Assembly (NCBI GenBank): GCA_038087875.1
Contig: CM075979.1
Location: 63,550,001-63,614,000, forward strand
Direction of reading: 5' to 3'
Length of the DNA: 64,000 nucleotides
Origin: Malacoraja senta
Lineage: Eukaryota
Shown here: positions 51,401 to 64,000 of the stretch, in pieces
Layout: every line of letters begins with the position of its first letter
Position numbering within the stretch: the first letter of the stretch is position 1
Translations under genes and position numbers: made by a program
Notes under the pieces: generated by a model
What the model was told of the DNA's origin: nothing
Databases searched by the model: none
What the model saw: only the letters and a program-made list of their open reading frames with translations

Positions 51401-51643
51401 CACTTATCAATTACTTTCTGTACCTCGCTTTTGACACTTCTACTACTGAAAGTGGATCCTTCATATTGACATTATCCCAGTCCCTCTTCATTGTGTACAA
51501 CTCAACTAATTTTCCTCTTCCCAAGGATACAATCCTAAATCTGAGATGAGACTTAGACAAACTATGTTGATTAACCAATGTGTCAGCTACAGCAAGCATC
51601 TTTGACATCTTTGTGCCTTCAAGCTTTTAAGCATGTGTATTGA

Positions 51644-52632
51644 CAGGCATGAGATTTTACCGCAGAACCACGGATTTCCGCGGATTTTGAAATTCGTTAA
51701 AAAAAATCGGGATCTCTATAAATCTATAAATGGCTTTCCACGAGACAGTGGGGGTGGGACTGATGATCGAGGGTGCTGATTGGACGAGGGACGTCGGTCA
51801 GCAGGCACAGGACATGATGATTCAGCGCGATGATTGGAGTAGGGACGCTTCCGGGGGCGGGACAAGGCGAGGCCTGGTGGAGCGAGGGGCCGGGAGCGCA
51901 GGTAGCAGCAGCCCCGGGGGAGGGCAACGGGAGAGTGGGCACTGGGCTGGGGCGTGGCTGCAGGGCCGGGCCTTGCCAGTGACAATAAGTGTTTAAAGCA
52001 AGTAGAGGGAGTGTGTGTGAGCCCTGGTGAGCAGAGAGGGGAGTTTCTGAGTAAAGGTGAGGGGACGTCCCTGTGTGTGAGCAGTAAGGAGTTCCCTGTG
52101 AGGGTGAGCAGTGAGGGGGTTCCTGTGAGTGTGAGCAAAGGTAAGGGGGTGGGGTCCCTGTGAGTGTGAGCCGTGAGGGGTCCTCCCTGTGAGTGAGCAA
52201 AGGTGGGGGGTTTGCTGTGAGCAGTGAGGGGGTCCCTGAGAGTGAGCAAAGGTAAGGGAGTGGGTCCCTGTGAGTGAGCAGTGAGGGGGTCCCTGAGAGT
52301 GTGAGCAAAGGTGGGTCCCTGTGAGTGTGAGCAGTGAGGGGTTCCCTGTGAGTGAGCAAAGGTGGGGGGTTTCCTGTGAGCAGTGAGGGGGTCCCTGTGA
52401 GTGTGAGCAAAGGTAAGGGGGGTCCCTGTGAGTGTGAGCAGTGAGGGGTTCCCTGTGAGTGTGAGTGGGGAAGACCCTGCGAGAATAAGGGTAAACGGGC
52501 AAGAAAACTGTCATTTCAAGGTACAATTATAAAAAAAATATGCATAAAGGGGGCAGGTTTGGAATCCTACCAGGGGGCTATGCCCCCTGGACCCCCATCT
52601 CTCTCTTCCACTTTTTTTCTGTCTGATGCCTG
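51644..52632. mobile_element. Non-autonomous TIR element with a 5-bp TSD and an internal minisatellite
   Basis: CAGGCATGAGA...TCTGATGCCTG flanked by ATTGA on both sides. Confidence 0.7.
52010..52470. repeat. GT-rich minisatellite (GTGAGCAGTGAGGGGGTCCCTGTGAGT / GTGAGCAAAGGT units)
   Basis: Alternating ~25-30-bp units repeated many times. Confidence 0.9.
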
Positions 52633-53036
52633 ATTGAACATATGAAAATTAAGTAGAAAATTTGAGAGGTAGGTCTGGATACCATGCCAACTGAATTTAC
52701 ACTGGGAATCCACTAGTGGTGAGGTCAGGTTGCATGTGTTCATCAATTAACACATTTTCACAAACATGTCATAACGCTGTAAAATCTTCCAAACAGTTTA
52801 TTTATCAAAAGCACTTCAAAAGAACATTTTTAACTTAAGTGATTGTTCTAAACTATTTTATCTTTTATCAATACAATACATTTTCACCATGGATTAAAAA
52901 AAAAGAATAATTCATAATTTGCTTGAAATACATTTTCGTCATTGAGAAAACATGATCTTACATTTTCGTCATTGAGGGAACATGATCTTATTATTCAAAG
53001 AGTCGTTTTTTAAACATACTCTTTTATAACTTCATA

Positions 53037-53505
53037 AGTTGCAGAAGCAGAATTAGGCCATTTGGCCCATCAAGTCTACTCCGCCATTCAATCATGGCTG
53101 ATCTATCTTTCCCTCTCAACCCCATTCTCCTGTTTTCTCCCCATAACCCCTGACACCTGTATTAATCAAGAAGCTATCAATCTCCTCCTTAAAAATATCA
53201 ATTGACGGCCTCCACAGCCCTATGTGGCAATGAATTCTACAGATTCACCACCCTCTAAGTAAAGAAATTTTATTCTGAGGCTATGGCCTCTGGTCCTAGA
53301 CTCTCCCACTAGTGGAAACATCCTCTCCACATCCACTCTATCCAGGCCTTTCACCATTCAGTAAGTTTCAATGAGGTCCCCTCTCATCTGTCTAAACCCC
53401 AGCAAGTAGAGGCCCAGTGCTGTCAAATGCTCATCATATGTTAACCCAATCATCCCTTGGATCATTCACATAAATCTCCTCTGGACCCTCTCCAATGCTA
53501 GCACA
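53037..53505 (-). mobile_element. CR1 LINE 3' fragment
   Basis: Similar by eye to 5645-6130. Confidence 0.8.
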
Positions 53506-54667
53506 CCCACAATATGAATAATGATTGGTTATGAATTTTCAACATTTTCCGTGAATCAAATAGAACCGTGGAACCATAGGACACAGGAGGAGGCCATTTG
53601 GTCCATTGAGTTCTGACTTTTTTCTCAAGGAACCAATCAGTCTGACTCTCATGCTTATAAGGAATCAAATTTGTATATTTTGCTGCTTATGATAATCTGT
53701 AGTTTGGCACTAAGAATTGTCAGAATCTAAACTTTTAATTGAAATACCAGGAAGAAGATATTTGTAATTGCCTTGTTTATGTTTTAAAGCTGACTGTTGA
53801 TATACAATTCGCATTTTTGGCAAGATAATTGGAAATCAGATTTTTAGGTTGGTATTTCAGAGAAATTCAGATATTTTGGACCATTTAAATATTAAATTAA
53901 TATTAATAGTTTCCAGTAACTGAACAGGTTATTTTAACACAGGAACAAAGAATAGTTGAAACATGATTTTAGTTTTTACCTTCATTTAGCAAATTCAATA
54001 TAATCTCCAAATCTCCCTTTATTAAAGAATGCTTTTGTCTTTTCTCTTTTCGCAGATCATATGTAAAAAATCATAATTTTATGTTTTGAAGCAAATGTTT
54101 TGAAGTAAAACTGAACATTTACAGAAAAAAAGTCTGCTGCTCACTTCTTAATGAATAACTATTAATAATTATAGTGAATAATTATTCAGTTCACTAATTG
54201 CAGCAAAAAATGTAACGTTCTCTTTTTCCTTTTGTTCTTTCCTTGGCCTTAACCTAAACATCAGCTGTGTGTTTCTTTGCTTGCATGTCTCCCCCCCCCC
54301 CCCCCCCACCAAGAAAGCACACCAAAGCCTCTACTTCCTCAGAAGAATGAGGAATTTCAGTATGTCTCCAATAATGATAACAAACATATAGATTCACCAT
54401 AGAAAGCATTTCATTGGGATGCATCGGGGCTTGGTTTGGCAACAGCTGTGGTCAAAATAACAAGAATTACAGAGAGTTGTCCGTCTACACTTTATACTGC
54501 GTTGGGAAAACAGGGAACATAATCAAGGACCATTTTCACCCTGGTCATCCCCTCTCTGGGCAGAAATTATAAAAGCTCGATAACACGTTTCACCAGATTC
54601 TGGAACAGTTCCCTGCTGTTATCCGATTAACTGTACTCATAAGATAGGGTTTAGTCCTGATCTTCCA

Positions 54668-54793
54668 AGGTAGACACAAATACTGGAGTAGGTCTGAAGA
54701 AGGGTCTCGACCCAAAACGTCACCCATTCCTTCTCTCCACAGATGCTGCCTGGCCTGCTGATTTAAACCAGCATCTGCAGTTCTTTCCTACAT
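54668..54793 (+). repeat. Short Penelope pLTR-derived insert with an inverted 5' piece
   Basis: GTCCTGATCTTCCA at 54654-54667 and 54794-54807. Confidence 0.7.
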
Positions 54794-55663
54794 GTCCTGA
54801 TCTTCCAGCCTGTCTCATTGTGGATCTTGGACTTTTTGTGACTATAATGCAATACCACTACGTTTGGCACACGGGTAATTTTCTCTTTGTTGTACTTGTG
54901 TACGTCTAGATTCTACTCGTGCATCGTGTGATTTGACTGGATAGCACTAAAACAAAATCTTTTCACTATCTTGATTACATGACAATAATAAACCAATACC
55001 AATGATTTCATCTGAAACAATTTAATATTGTCTATTACACATAAAAGAAGTGTAAAATAATTGGGTAATTATAATTATTATATAGAAAAATCATTGGGTT
55101 GATTGCATTGTGATACTATAATATTATAGAACAGGTTACTATATTGCATTTGTCTCCACTAGATATCTGCAAATGCTACTTATCCTAATAATTCAGAAGA
55201 AAGGTTTCGAAATAATTTTTGAAAACCATCTCATTTTAATTTACCTGTTTAAAAAAAATATTTTTTAATCTTCAGAAATAAATTGCGTAACTGGTAAAAG
55301 AGTTTGGTCATCTCGAGTCTTTCCTGCCACACCTTTTCTGACCTTGCAGTAAAGATTGTTCTATCTTTTCTCGACTGTTGTTAAAAAGAGATAATCTTAA
55401 CATGATTTAAATCATTAAAAGTATATTTTTATCCTTTTGTACCTTTCCTGCCATCCATTTAGATTTTAATTTGGAGGTATATAGAAGCCAGATAATGTAG
55501 CATCACCCTATCTCCACCCAGGCTCCTTCATTAAACCAATCATGTTCTTTATCTTGTCTTTATATAATCAGGGTCTATATATCCATCCGTTACCCCCATT
55601 ATATTCATGATGGGCATCCACATTACAATAAATGACCTTTATTTGCATATGATTTGGCCACCT

Positions 55664-55941
55664 TTAGACTTTAAAATACAGTCTGGAAACAGACCCTTCG
55701 GCCCATCGGGTTCGTGTCGACCAGCGATCATCCCGTACACTAGCACTATCCTATACACTCGGCACTCTACAATTTACAGAAGCCAATTAACCTGCGGACC
55801 TGTATGTCTTTGAGTATGGGAGGAAACTGGAATACCTGGAGAAAACTGACACGGTCACAGGGGGAACGTACAAACTCTGCATCAAACCGGGTCTCTAGAG
55901 CTGTAAGGCAGTAACTACTGCTGCGTCACTGTGCCACCCTA
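55664..55941 (-). mobile_element. HE1/V-SINE-like copy
   Basis: Reverse complement of the same family. Another partial copy lies at 2750-2880. Confidence 0.8.
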
Positions 55942-58202
55942 ATCTATTTTGGAGAACAGATTAATTTAGTAGATTATCTGCTTTCTGAATAGAACAACAT
56001 ATCACAGAAACAATGCAAATTTTCACCAAATTGTGATATAATTTATAGTATATTGCTAACTTTACCAAACATTATAAAGTGAAGTGGTTTGCAATTATGC
56101 ACAGTGTTAGGATTACCAAATTCAGATACTTGATACGTGTCTATTTTGTTAATTTCTTTTAACATGTATATTAAGTTTTAACCATTCTGCTGTATTCAAA
56201 ATGTTTTTTTTAAATAGTTGATCAGGACAAAGCGATTAATGTTAAAAAATAAATCGTGTTTACACCTAAACCAAATAAATTTCTCTAGTAGATGTATTTT
56301 TACAAAGCAGTAAACTTAAAACGGAATAGCAGAATTTCCCAGAAGCTTGCAGGTAAGGTGTTAATCTTATGTTGTAAATTGATTCCTCATTCAAGCATTT
56401 GAGTTCAGATCGATCTGCTATTAATTATATGGTAGATTATATTTCTCTTTAGATATAGTCTGATTTAGCTCTTAGGACTAAAGGAATCAAGGGATATGGG
56501 GAAAAAGCACGAACAAGCGCTGATTTTAGATGATCAGCCATGATTATATTGGCTCGAAGGGCTGAATGGCCTACTCCTGCACCTATTTTTCTATGTTTCT
56601 TTCTATAAAGAAAGATACATTTTCTCTTCTTCTATAAAGATGGCATTAAAATGAAAAAAAAATCAGATTAGTGCAGCCCAAAGATAGACTGATTTTGGGG
56701 TGCCAACTCCAGTATGCCACACCCCTGCACTACTTGTGATGGGTCTGAGCAGCATGCTGAGTAGCTTTTCAGCCAATAGGAAGTTTAATTTGTGAATGCA
56801 TTGCAATTTGCGTAAATTACATACGAGGTTAAGAGAAGATCAGAGATGGCTGGTAAAAAGTTTTAAACAAAAAATCAGAAAGCCTTTGGGTCAATTTTTT
56901 CCCCCTGAGTATTTAAAATTCCACACTTGAGAACAAGTGTTTAAACCAGGGAGGATTACGAACAATCAACATTTATTGTGCCATTACAAAAAAACTCAAT
57001 CCTGAATGCACTAATCCAAACCTTAACACCTTTTCTTCATGAGGAGCTGATGAGCAGGAAAGTCCTCTTGCACACTGAAGAAATGGGTGGTTGATTTACA
57101 TCGTAACAGTGAATGCTTACAGAAGTTAAGCTATTATTACTGCAACAAAAAAAATAGGCCAGTGCCTTTCCTTTCCTGGCTTTAGTCTCCCAGGATCCAG
57201 TGAAAATATTAAAAACCCAAAGCAAGAACTATTCTGTGATTAGTAGAGAGTAGGTTATTTTCCTTTTTCAGTTTTGTGAACAATAACTGCTGCTGTTACA
57301 TTTGATTTAATAAAAAATAAAACAAATGGCATAAGGTGGCTGATGTGCTTGTTGCATATTTGACATCAGATTTGCAGAATCGCAGAATTTGTAAGAATGT
57401 AGTACCTGCAGGTTAATGCAACGTCTGGCAGCTTCTACAATTGAGATCCCAACTTTTCATTTGTAATATGTGGATGTTGCAGGTACAAAAGTAATCTAAT
57501 TTCAAGACGCTAAATTGTTGGTAAACCCCAATGATAAATCAGTTTTGGATATACAAGAAATGCCATGGGACAATCATTTTATTTAATTGTTTAACATGTT
57601 GGAATATCCTCATGTAGTGTCTACATGGAAGCCCCGAATGGTGCAGTGCATGGACAAAGAACTCTTTGAAATAGATGTTACTATACAACAGTATATATAT
57701 TTTTTGGTTAACAGCAGTTTAAAATGTAATTCAATTTGAGAAGACATTTAAGAGTCTAGACAATAATAAGCTTTTGCAAAAGAAAATATGGATTTTCTTA
57801 AATGCTAATTTCCATGTATGTATGTATCTTTCTTTTGCTATTATACCAGTTTGCAATTTAATTAAACTGGAAGAAACTAAAACAGTAAAATCTATAATTT
57901 ATTTGGTAGCTACTCAAATTGATGTATACCCGCGTGGTCTAAATCAATGTACTCTTGCTGACACTTGCTCATTTTACCAAACGTTTTTTATTTTGTATTA
58001 TAACAGCTCACCTAACTCGCAAAATGGGATTGTTTTAGTAAAAATTCACGAAGTTTCCAGTAAAACCCAACCCATATTTGGCAGTCTAAAGTTTGTGCAG
58101 TAAATTATACTTCACTTTTGCTGTTCTGTTTTCCAAAGTGCAATGGGAAACAAAAATGGGTAGTTTCAACATTTGTCAGTCCAATTTTGGGAAGCATTCT
58201 CA

Positions 58203-61200
58203 ATAGACAATAGGTGCAGGAGTACGCCTTTCGGCCCTTCGAGCCAGCACCGCCATTCAATGTGATCACGGCTGATCATTCCCAATCAGTACCCCCGTTT
58301 CTGCCTTCTGCCTTCTCCCCATATCCCCTGACTCCGCTATCTTTAAGAGCCCTATCTAGCTCTCTCTTGAAAGTATCCAGAGAACCGGCCTCCACCGCCC
58401 TCTGAGGCAGAGAGTTCCACAGACACAACTCTCTGAGAAAAAGTGTTTCCTCGTCTCCGTTCTAAATGGCTTACCCCTTATTCTTAAACTGAGGCCCCTG
58501 GTTCTGGACTCCTCCAACATCGGGAACATGTTTCCTGCCTCCAGCGTGTCCAAACCTTAACAATCTTATGTTTCAATAAGATTCCCTCTCATCCTTCCAA
58601 ACTCCAGAGTGTACAAGCCCAGCTGCTCCATTCTCTCAGCATATGACAGTCCCGCCATCCCGGGAATTTACCTTGTAAACCTACGCTGCACTCCCTCAAT
58701 AGCAAGAATGTCCTTCCTCAAATTAGGGGACCAAAACTACACACAATACTCGGGTGTGGCCTCACTAGGGCCCTATACAACTGCAGAGGGACCTCTTTGC
58801 TCCTATACTCGACTCTTCTTGTTATAAAGGCCAACATGCCATTCGCTTTCTTCACTGCCTGCTGTACCTGCATGCTTACTTTCATAGACTGATGTACAAG
58901 GACCCCCCAGATCCCGTTGTACTTCCCCTTTTCCCAACTTGACGCCATTTTGATAATAATCTGTCTTCCTGTGTTTTATACCAAAGTGGATAACCTCACA
59001 TTTATGCACATTAAACTTCATCTGCCATGCATCTGCCCACTCCCCCAACCCGTCCAAGTCGCCCTGCATTCTCATAGCATCCTCCTCACAGTTCACACTG
59101 CCACCCAGCTTTGTGTCATCTGCAAATTTGCTAATGTTACTTTGAATCTCTTCATCCAAATCATTGATGTATATTGTAAATAGCTGCGGTCCCAGCACCG
59201 AGCCTTCCTGTACCCCACTAGTCACTGCCTGCCATTCTGAAAGGGACCCGTTAATCCCTACTCTTTGTTACCTGCCTGCCAACCAATTTTCTATCCATGT
59301 CAGCACTCTACCACCAATACCATGTGCCCTAATTTTGCCCACTAATCTCCTATGTGGGACCTTATCAAATGCTTTCTGAAAGTCCAGGTACACTACATCC
59401 ACTGGCTCTCCCTTGTCCATTTTCCTAGTTACATCCTCAAAAAATTCCAGAAGATTAGTCAAGCATGATTTCCCCTTCGTAAATCCATGCTGACTCGGAC
59501 CGATCCTGTTACTGCTATCCAAATGTGCGGCTATTTCATCTTTTATAATTGACTCCAGCTATTTCATCTTTTATAATTGACTCCAGCATCTTCCCCACCA
59601 CCGATGTCAGGCTAACTGGACTATAATTCCCTGTTTTCTCTCTCCTGCCTTTCTTAAAAAATGGGATAACATTAGCCACCCTCCAATCCACAGGAACTGA
59701 TCCTGAGTCTATAGAACATTGGAAAATTATCACCAATGCATCCACGATTTCTAGAGCCTTTCCTTAAGTACCCTGGGATGCAGACCATCAGGCCCTGGGG
59801 ATTTATCAGCGTTCAGTCCCATCAGTCTACCCAACACCATTTCCTGCCTAATGTGGATTTCCTTCTGTTCCTCCGTTACCCCAGATCCTCTGGCCACTAA
59901 TATATCAGGAAGATTGTTTGTGTCCTCCTTAGTGAAGACGGATCCAAAGTATCTGTTCAACTCATCTGCCATTTCCTTGTTCCCCATAATAAATTCACCT
60001 TTTTCGGTCTTCAAGGGTCCAACTTTGGTCTTAACTATTTTTTTCCTCTTCACATACCTAAAGAAGCTTTTACTATCCTCCTTTATATTCTTGGCTAGCT
60101 TACCTTCGCACCTCACCTTTTCTCCCCGTATTGTCTTTAGTTATCCTTCTGTTGCTTTTAAAAACATTACACAATCCTCTTCCGACCCGCTTATCTTTGT
60201 TAGGTTGTACTTCTCTTTTATTTTTATACTGTCTCTGACATCCCTTGTCAGCCACGGTCGCCCCTTACTCCCCTTGGAATCTTTCTTTCTCCTAGGAATG
60301 AACTGATCCTGCACCTTCTGTATTATTCCTAGAAATACCTGCCATTGTTGTTCCACTGTCATTCCTGCTAGGGTATCTTTCCAGTCTACTTTGGCCAGCT
60401 CCTCCCTCATGGCCCCATAGTCCTCTTTATTCAACTGTAACACTGACACCTCCGATCTACCCTTCTCCCTCTCCAAGTGTAGATTAAACCTGACCATATT
60501 ATGGTCACTACCTCCCAATGGTTCATTAACCTCAAGTTCCTTTGTCAAATCTGGTTCATTACATAATACTAAATCCAGAATTGCCTTCTCCCTGGTAGGC
60601 TCCAATGCAAGCAGCTCTAAGAAACCATCACGAAGGCACTCTACAAAGTCCCTTTCTTGGGGTCCAGTACCTACCTAATTTTCCCAGTCTACCTGTGTGT
60701 TGAAATCTCCCATAACAACCACAGCATTACCTTTGCTACATGCCAATTTTAACCTGATTCAACTTGCACCCTGTCCAGGCTACTGTTTGGAGGCCTGTAG
60801 ATAAGTCCCATTAGGGTCATTTTACCCTTACAATTCCTTAGTTCTATCCATACTGACTCCACATCTCCTGTTTCAATGTCACCCCGTGCAAGGGACTGAA
60901 TTTCATTCCTCACCAACAGAGTTACCCCACCCCCTCTGCCCACCTGTCTGTCGTTTCGATAGGAGGTATACCCTTGGATATTCAGTTCCCAGCCCTGGCC
61001 CTCTTGCAGCCATGTCTCTGTAATTCCCACAACATCATACTTGCCAATTTCTAACTGAGCCTCAAGCTCGTCCACTTTTTCTTATACTTCGCGCATTCAT
61101 ATACAACACTTTGATGTACATTCACGTCTCCCCTCGCACTGCTCGCAATTGGCCCTGACCGTACTCTTTTATCCCTTTCGAACTTTCCTTCCCATTAATT

Positions 61201-61352
61201 CGAGAATCTTTTGTAATTTTTCCTGTACTCACTTCCCCTTCAATCATCTTTATACTCCCATTTTGTCAATCCCTCCGCCCCCACTATTTAGTTTAAACCT
61301 GCACGTGTAGCCCTAGCAAACCTGCCTGCCAGAATGTCGGTCCCCCTCCAGT
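58203..61352 (-). mobile_element. CR1 LINE, near full-length ORF2 (APE endonuclease + RT), frameshifted
   Basis: Motifs DVVGITETWL, YRPPN, SDHN, SPGPDGLHPRVLKE, YLDFQKAFDKVPH and KFADDTKLGG, plus the 3' tail. Confidence 0.95.
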
Positions 61353-61401
61353 GTCCGTCTTTTAAAAATATTTATAAATTTACTACTTTCTGGTATCATC
61401 T

Positions 61402-62378
61402 TCTATCTATCTATATTTAAAACTGTGTGTGTGTGTCTGCCTGGCTGTGTGTGTGTGTTTCTGCCTGTCTTGTGGGTGCCAGCCAGCCTTTGATTCGTTG
61501 CTACGCCAACACCACACGCAGAAACGCCGAGATTTTTTCCATTTCGGTAGAGATTTCACTTTTCATTCCAAGTATCCACTCCTGATTAAATTTCGTCGTG
61601 TTTATGTACACATTTTAAATAAAATACTTATCCCCCCCCCCCACCCCCAAAATTTCAAAATGTAAAAAAAAAACCTCACCCATAGAATGTTGGTGAACGT
61701 TCCATCGTGTGATGTCACAATGCCCAATGCTCACAGATGTCCAATCGGAATGGATCCATTTACATATGCCTTTGCAGCAGCCCCAGCCCCACCCCCGCAG
61801 CCTGTGTTGAAGCGCGTCATCACGTGTGTGGGAATAGAGAAAGAGGAATGGGGAACAGATGGACTGTCCCTACCCCCCCCCCCTTCCACTCCCTCCCCAC
61901 TATTTCCCCTCTCTCCCCCCCACCCCTCTCCCCCTCCCTCCACACTCTTCCCCTCCCTCCCCTACCCCATCTCCCCCCTCCCTCTCTCCCCCACCACCTC
62001 TCTCCCCCACACATCTCTCCCCCTCCCATCACCCTCTCCCCTACCCCATCCCTCTCTCCCCTCCCCATCCCTCTCTCCTCCTCCCACCCCGTCCCTCTCT
62101 CCCCCACCCCTTCCCTTTCCCTCCCCTCCCCACCCCCTTCCCTCTCTCCCCCATCCCCCTCCCCCCACCCCCCTTCCCTCCCCCACCCCCTTCCCTCTCT
62201 CCCCCACCCCCTTCACCCTCCCCACTCTATCCCCTCCATCCACACTCTTCCCCCTCTACCCCCTACCCCTCTCTCTGCTCTCTCTCTTTGATCTTTATCT
62301 TTTTCTCTGCCCTCTCTCTCTCTCTCTTCCACTCTGTCTATGCACACTCTCTCTGCCCCCCCTCTTGACGCACCTGAG
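61402..62378 (+). mobile_element. Non-autonomous Helitron-like element, 5' part, running into the gap
   Basis: TCTATCTATATTTAAAA start followed by a (TG)/(TGTC) microsatellite and ACGCCAACACC-type sequence typical of microsatellite-bearing Helitrons. Internal C/T-rich low-complexity tract. Confidence 0.55.
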
Positions 62379-62578
62379 NNNNNNNNNNNNNNNNNNNNNN
62401 NNNNNNNNNNNNNNNNNNNNNNNNNNNNNNNNNNNNNNNNNNNNNNNNNNNNNNNNNNNNNNNNNNNNNNNNNNNNNNNNNNNNNNNNNNNNNNNNNNNN
62501 NNNNNNNNNNNNNNNNNNNNNNNNNNNNNNNNNNNNNNNNNNNNNNNNNNNNNNNNNNNNNNNNNNNNNNNNNNNNNN
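62379..62578. other. Assembly gap
   Basis: Run of N after a C-rich low-complexity tract. Confidence 1.
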
Positions 62579-64000
62579 ATGGTTGTGCATTTTTCTTTAC
62601 ATAATCACAGCTGTTGCTTTATACCACTAGGTACCATGTGATGGAATTGATACTGAGACTTGTAAGAAAAATGCATGTCCTTCAGGAAGAAGTCTTTGCA
62701 CCCGTTGAAACACGCAGATAGACTTTGTCATACTATTTGTAATCTCATGCATTTGGTCAGATGGGCCTGACAATGTTTTCACTGCATCATCTTGTGCTCC
62801 GCATTAGTGTTGGCATGAAAACATCCCAATCATGGGATGGTGTCCAAGTCCTCTGGGTAGCACAATCAAATGTACCCTCCCCTATTGAGCCCTGCATCAC
62901 CTTCCCTATACCTGTTGCCAAGTTGCTGCTGGATATGCCTGTAATATGCATCCCAATGACCTAAATCTGGTTATAGCTCATTTGGATCGCCTCCCCTCAG
63001 AAGAGGGGGATGGGTAGCCAGTCCAAAACTGTAAAAACACAAGATGCAAGGTTTTGCATCAAGACCTGAAAATTACTCTGGAAAACTGTGTTTTTAGCCA
63101 TCTCTTATGTGATGCCGTGTTTGACTCCTCCTGATGGCTTCGTCTTTCTAACTAGGCTAGTTGGGTAGTAGGGTTGAGGTGTACTTTGAGGATGGGGAAA
63201 GAGATAAAGAAGTAAGCTTCTGGATAATGAAAACTTTTTGAGTGGAATAGATTATTTTTTTTAATCCAGTTTGGAAATGACAACAGTTTTCATTTTAATA
63301 TTGAGCTGAGGTCCTGCTTCATATCAAAAGAGTGTAAAGAAAGACCCCGATCAATTTGTCAGTAAGTTGAAAACATAAGCAGATTCAATGCAGATATTTG
63401 TTCTCCAAAAGTGTTTATAGTCACTCCTGGTGTGCCCCTAAAATATGTGCGTCAGTATTAAAATCTGCCCTAATTTGCTGTACTTTTCTTGTGGAACAAA
63501 TTAATTTGGCCTTTGGAGTGCAAAACCACTTTACTGACAGCAAAAAGACAAAACAAATTATGACCTCTGCTTTTCAGTTTGAAAATAAAATGGTTCTTGT
63601 TACCTGTGTAATATTATGATAGATAGACGATGTAGAACTAGTCATCCTTGTCCATCAATCAATATAGGAGTTTCCTCTGCAGCTGCCATGTTGGATGTTT
63701 TGAGATGGAGTCTTCAATTTTAAGGTTGCAAAGGTGAAATGCAAAGTAAATTAAAAATTTTGTCAACAATATAAATATATGGGTATGGGCAAGGTGTTGC
63801 TAATTCAATGCATTGGTTGTGCTTTTGGTGTTTTCAGTTAACATTTAGTGGCACTAATGAAAGCATATTTTCATTTGCTGAGGCATACCTGTTACATCAC
63901 AGGAAATTATTGCAAGCTTACAAAAAGAATTGTAAAGAAACTTAATTGAAAGAAGTAATGTGTTTTCATGTAGAAAGTTTGGAAGATTTCTGTATATTTT

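Larger units (their letters stand above)
28251..64000 (+). other. ARID2: ARID2 intron 3 (extends beyond the window)
   Basis: The next expected exon (YLEKYEKVHHFGE...) was not found downstream. It could lie in one of the two gaps but is more likely beyond the window. Confidence 0.75.

Noticed and set aside
51716-52526. Several 177-228-aa repetitive ORFs, and a CRISPR-like look of the array
   Set aside because: Translations of a minisatellite. There are no unique spacers, no cas genes, and the context is eukaryotic.
61687-62630. Proline-rich 305-aa ORF and overlapping Gly/Arg-rich ORFs
   Set aside because: C/T low-complexity repeat plus gap, with no coding signature.

Overview
Eukaryotic, repeat-rich vertebrate DNA, most likely from a cartilaginous fish. 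This is inferred from HE1/V-SINE-like SINEs, CR1 LINEs and shark-type Penelope repeats; skate or ray is plausible but unproven. The only host gene I can support is the 5' end of ARID2 on the + strand: a CpG-island promoter at about 26.3-27.0 kb, three small coding exons (27256-27350, 27452-27545, 28153-28250) encoding the N-terminal ARID domain, then an intron that runs past the window end. The rest is a layered transposon landscape. It includes a structurally complete but RT-deleted DIRS1-type tyrosine-recombinase retrotransposon (6808-11227) with split ITRs, an ICR and a methyltransferase-like domain. It also holds a Helitron-like composite with a Gypsy pol fragment and a decayed 23-aa STPR-like repeat (12.65-16.0 kb), an IR/DR Tc1, a Tigger/pogo, three Harbinger-type MITEs with shared termini, and two non-coding TIR elements with 9-bp and 5-bp target duplications. 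CR1 and Rex1 LINEs are common, as are ~100-bp Penelope-derived inserts with a hammerhead-ribozyme-like core. There are two assembly gaps (41533-42500, 62379-62578). All family assignments come from motif recognition by eye, not from database searches.
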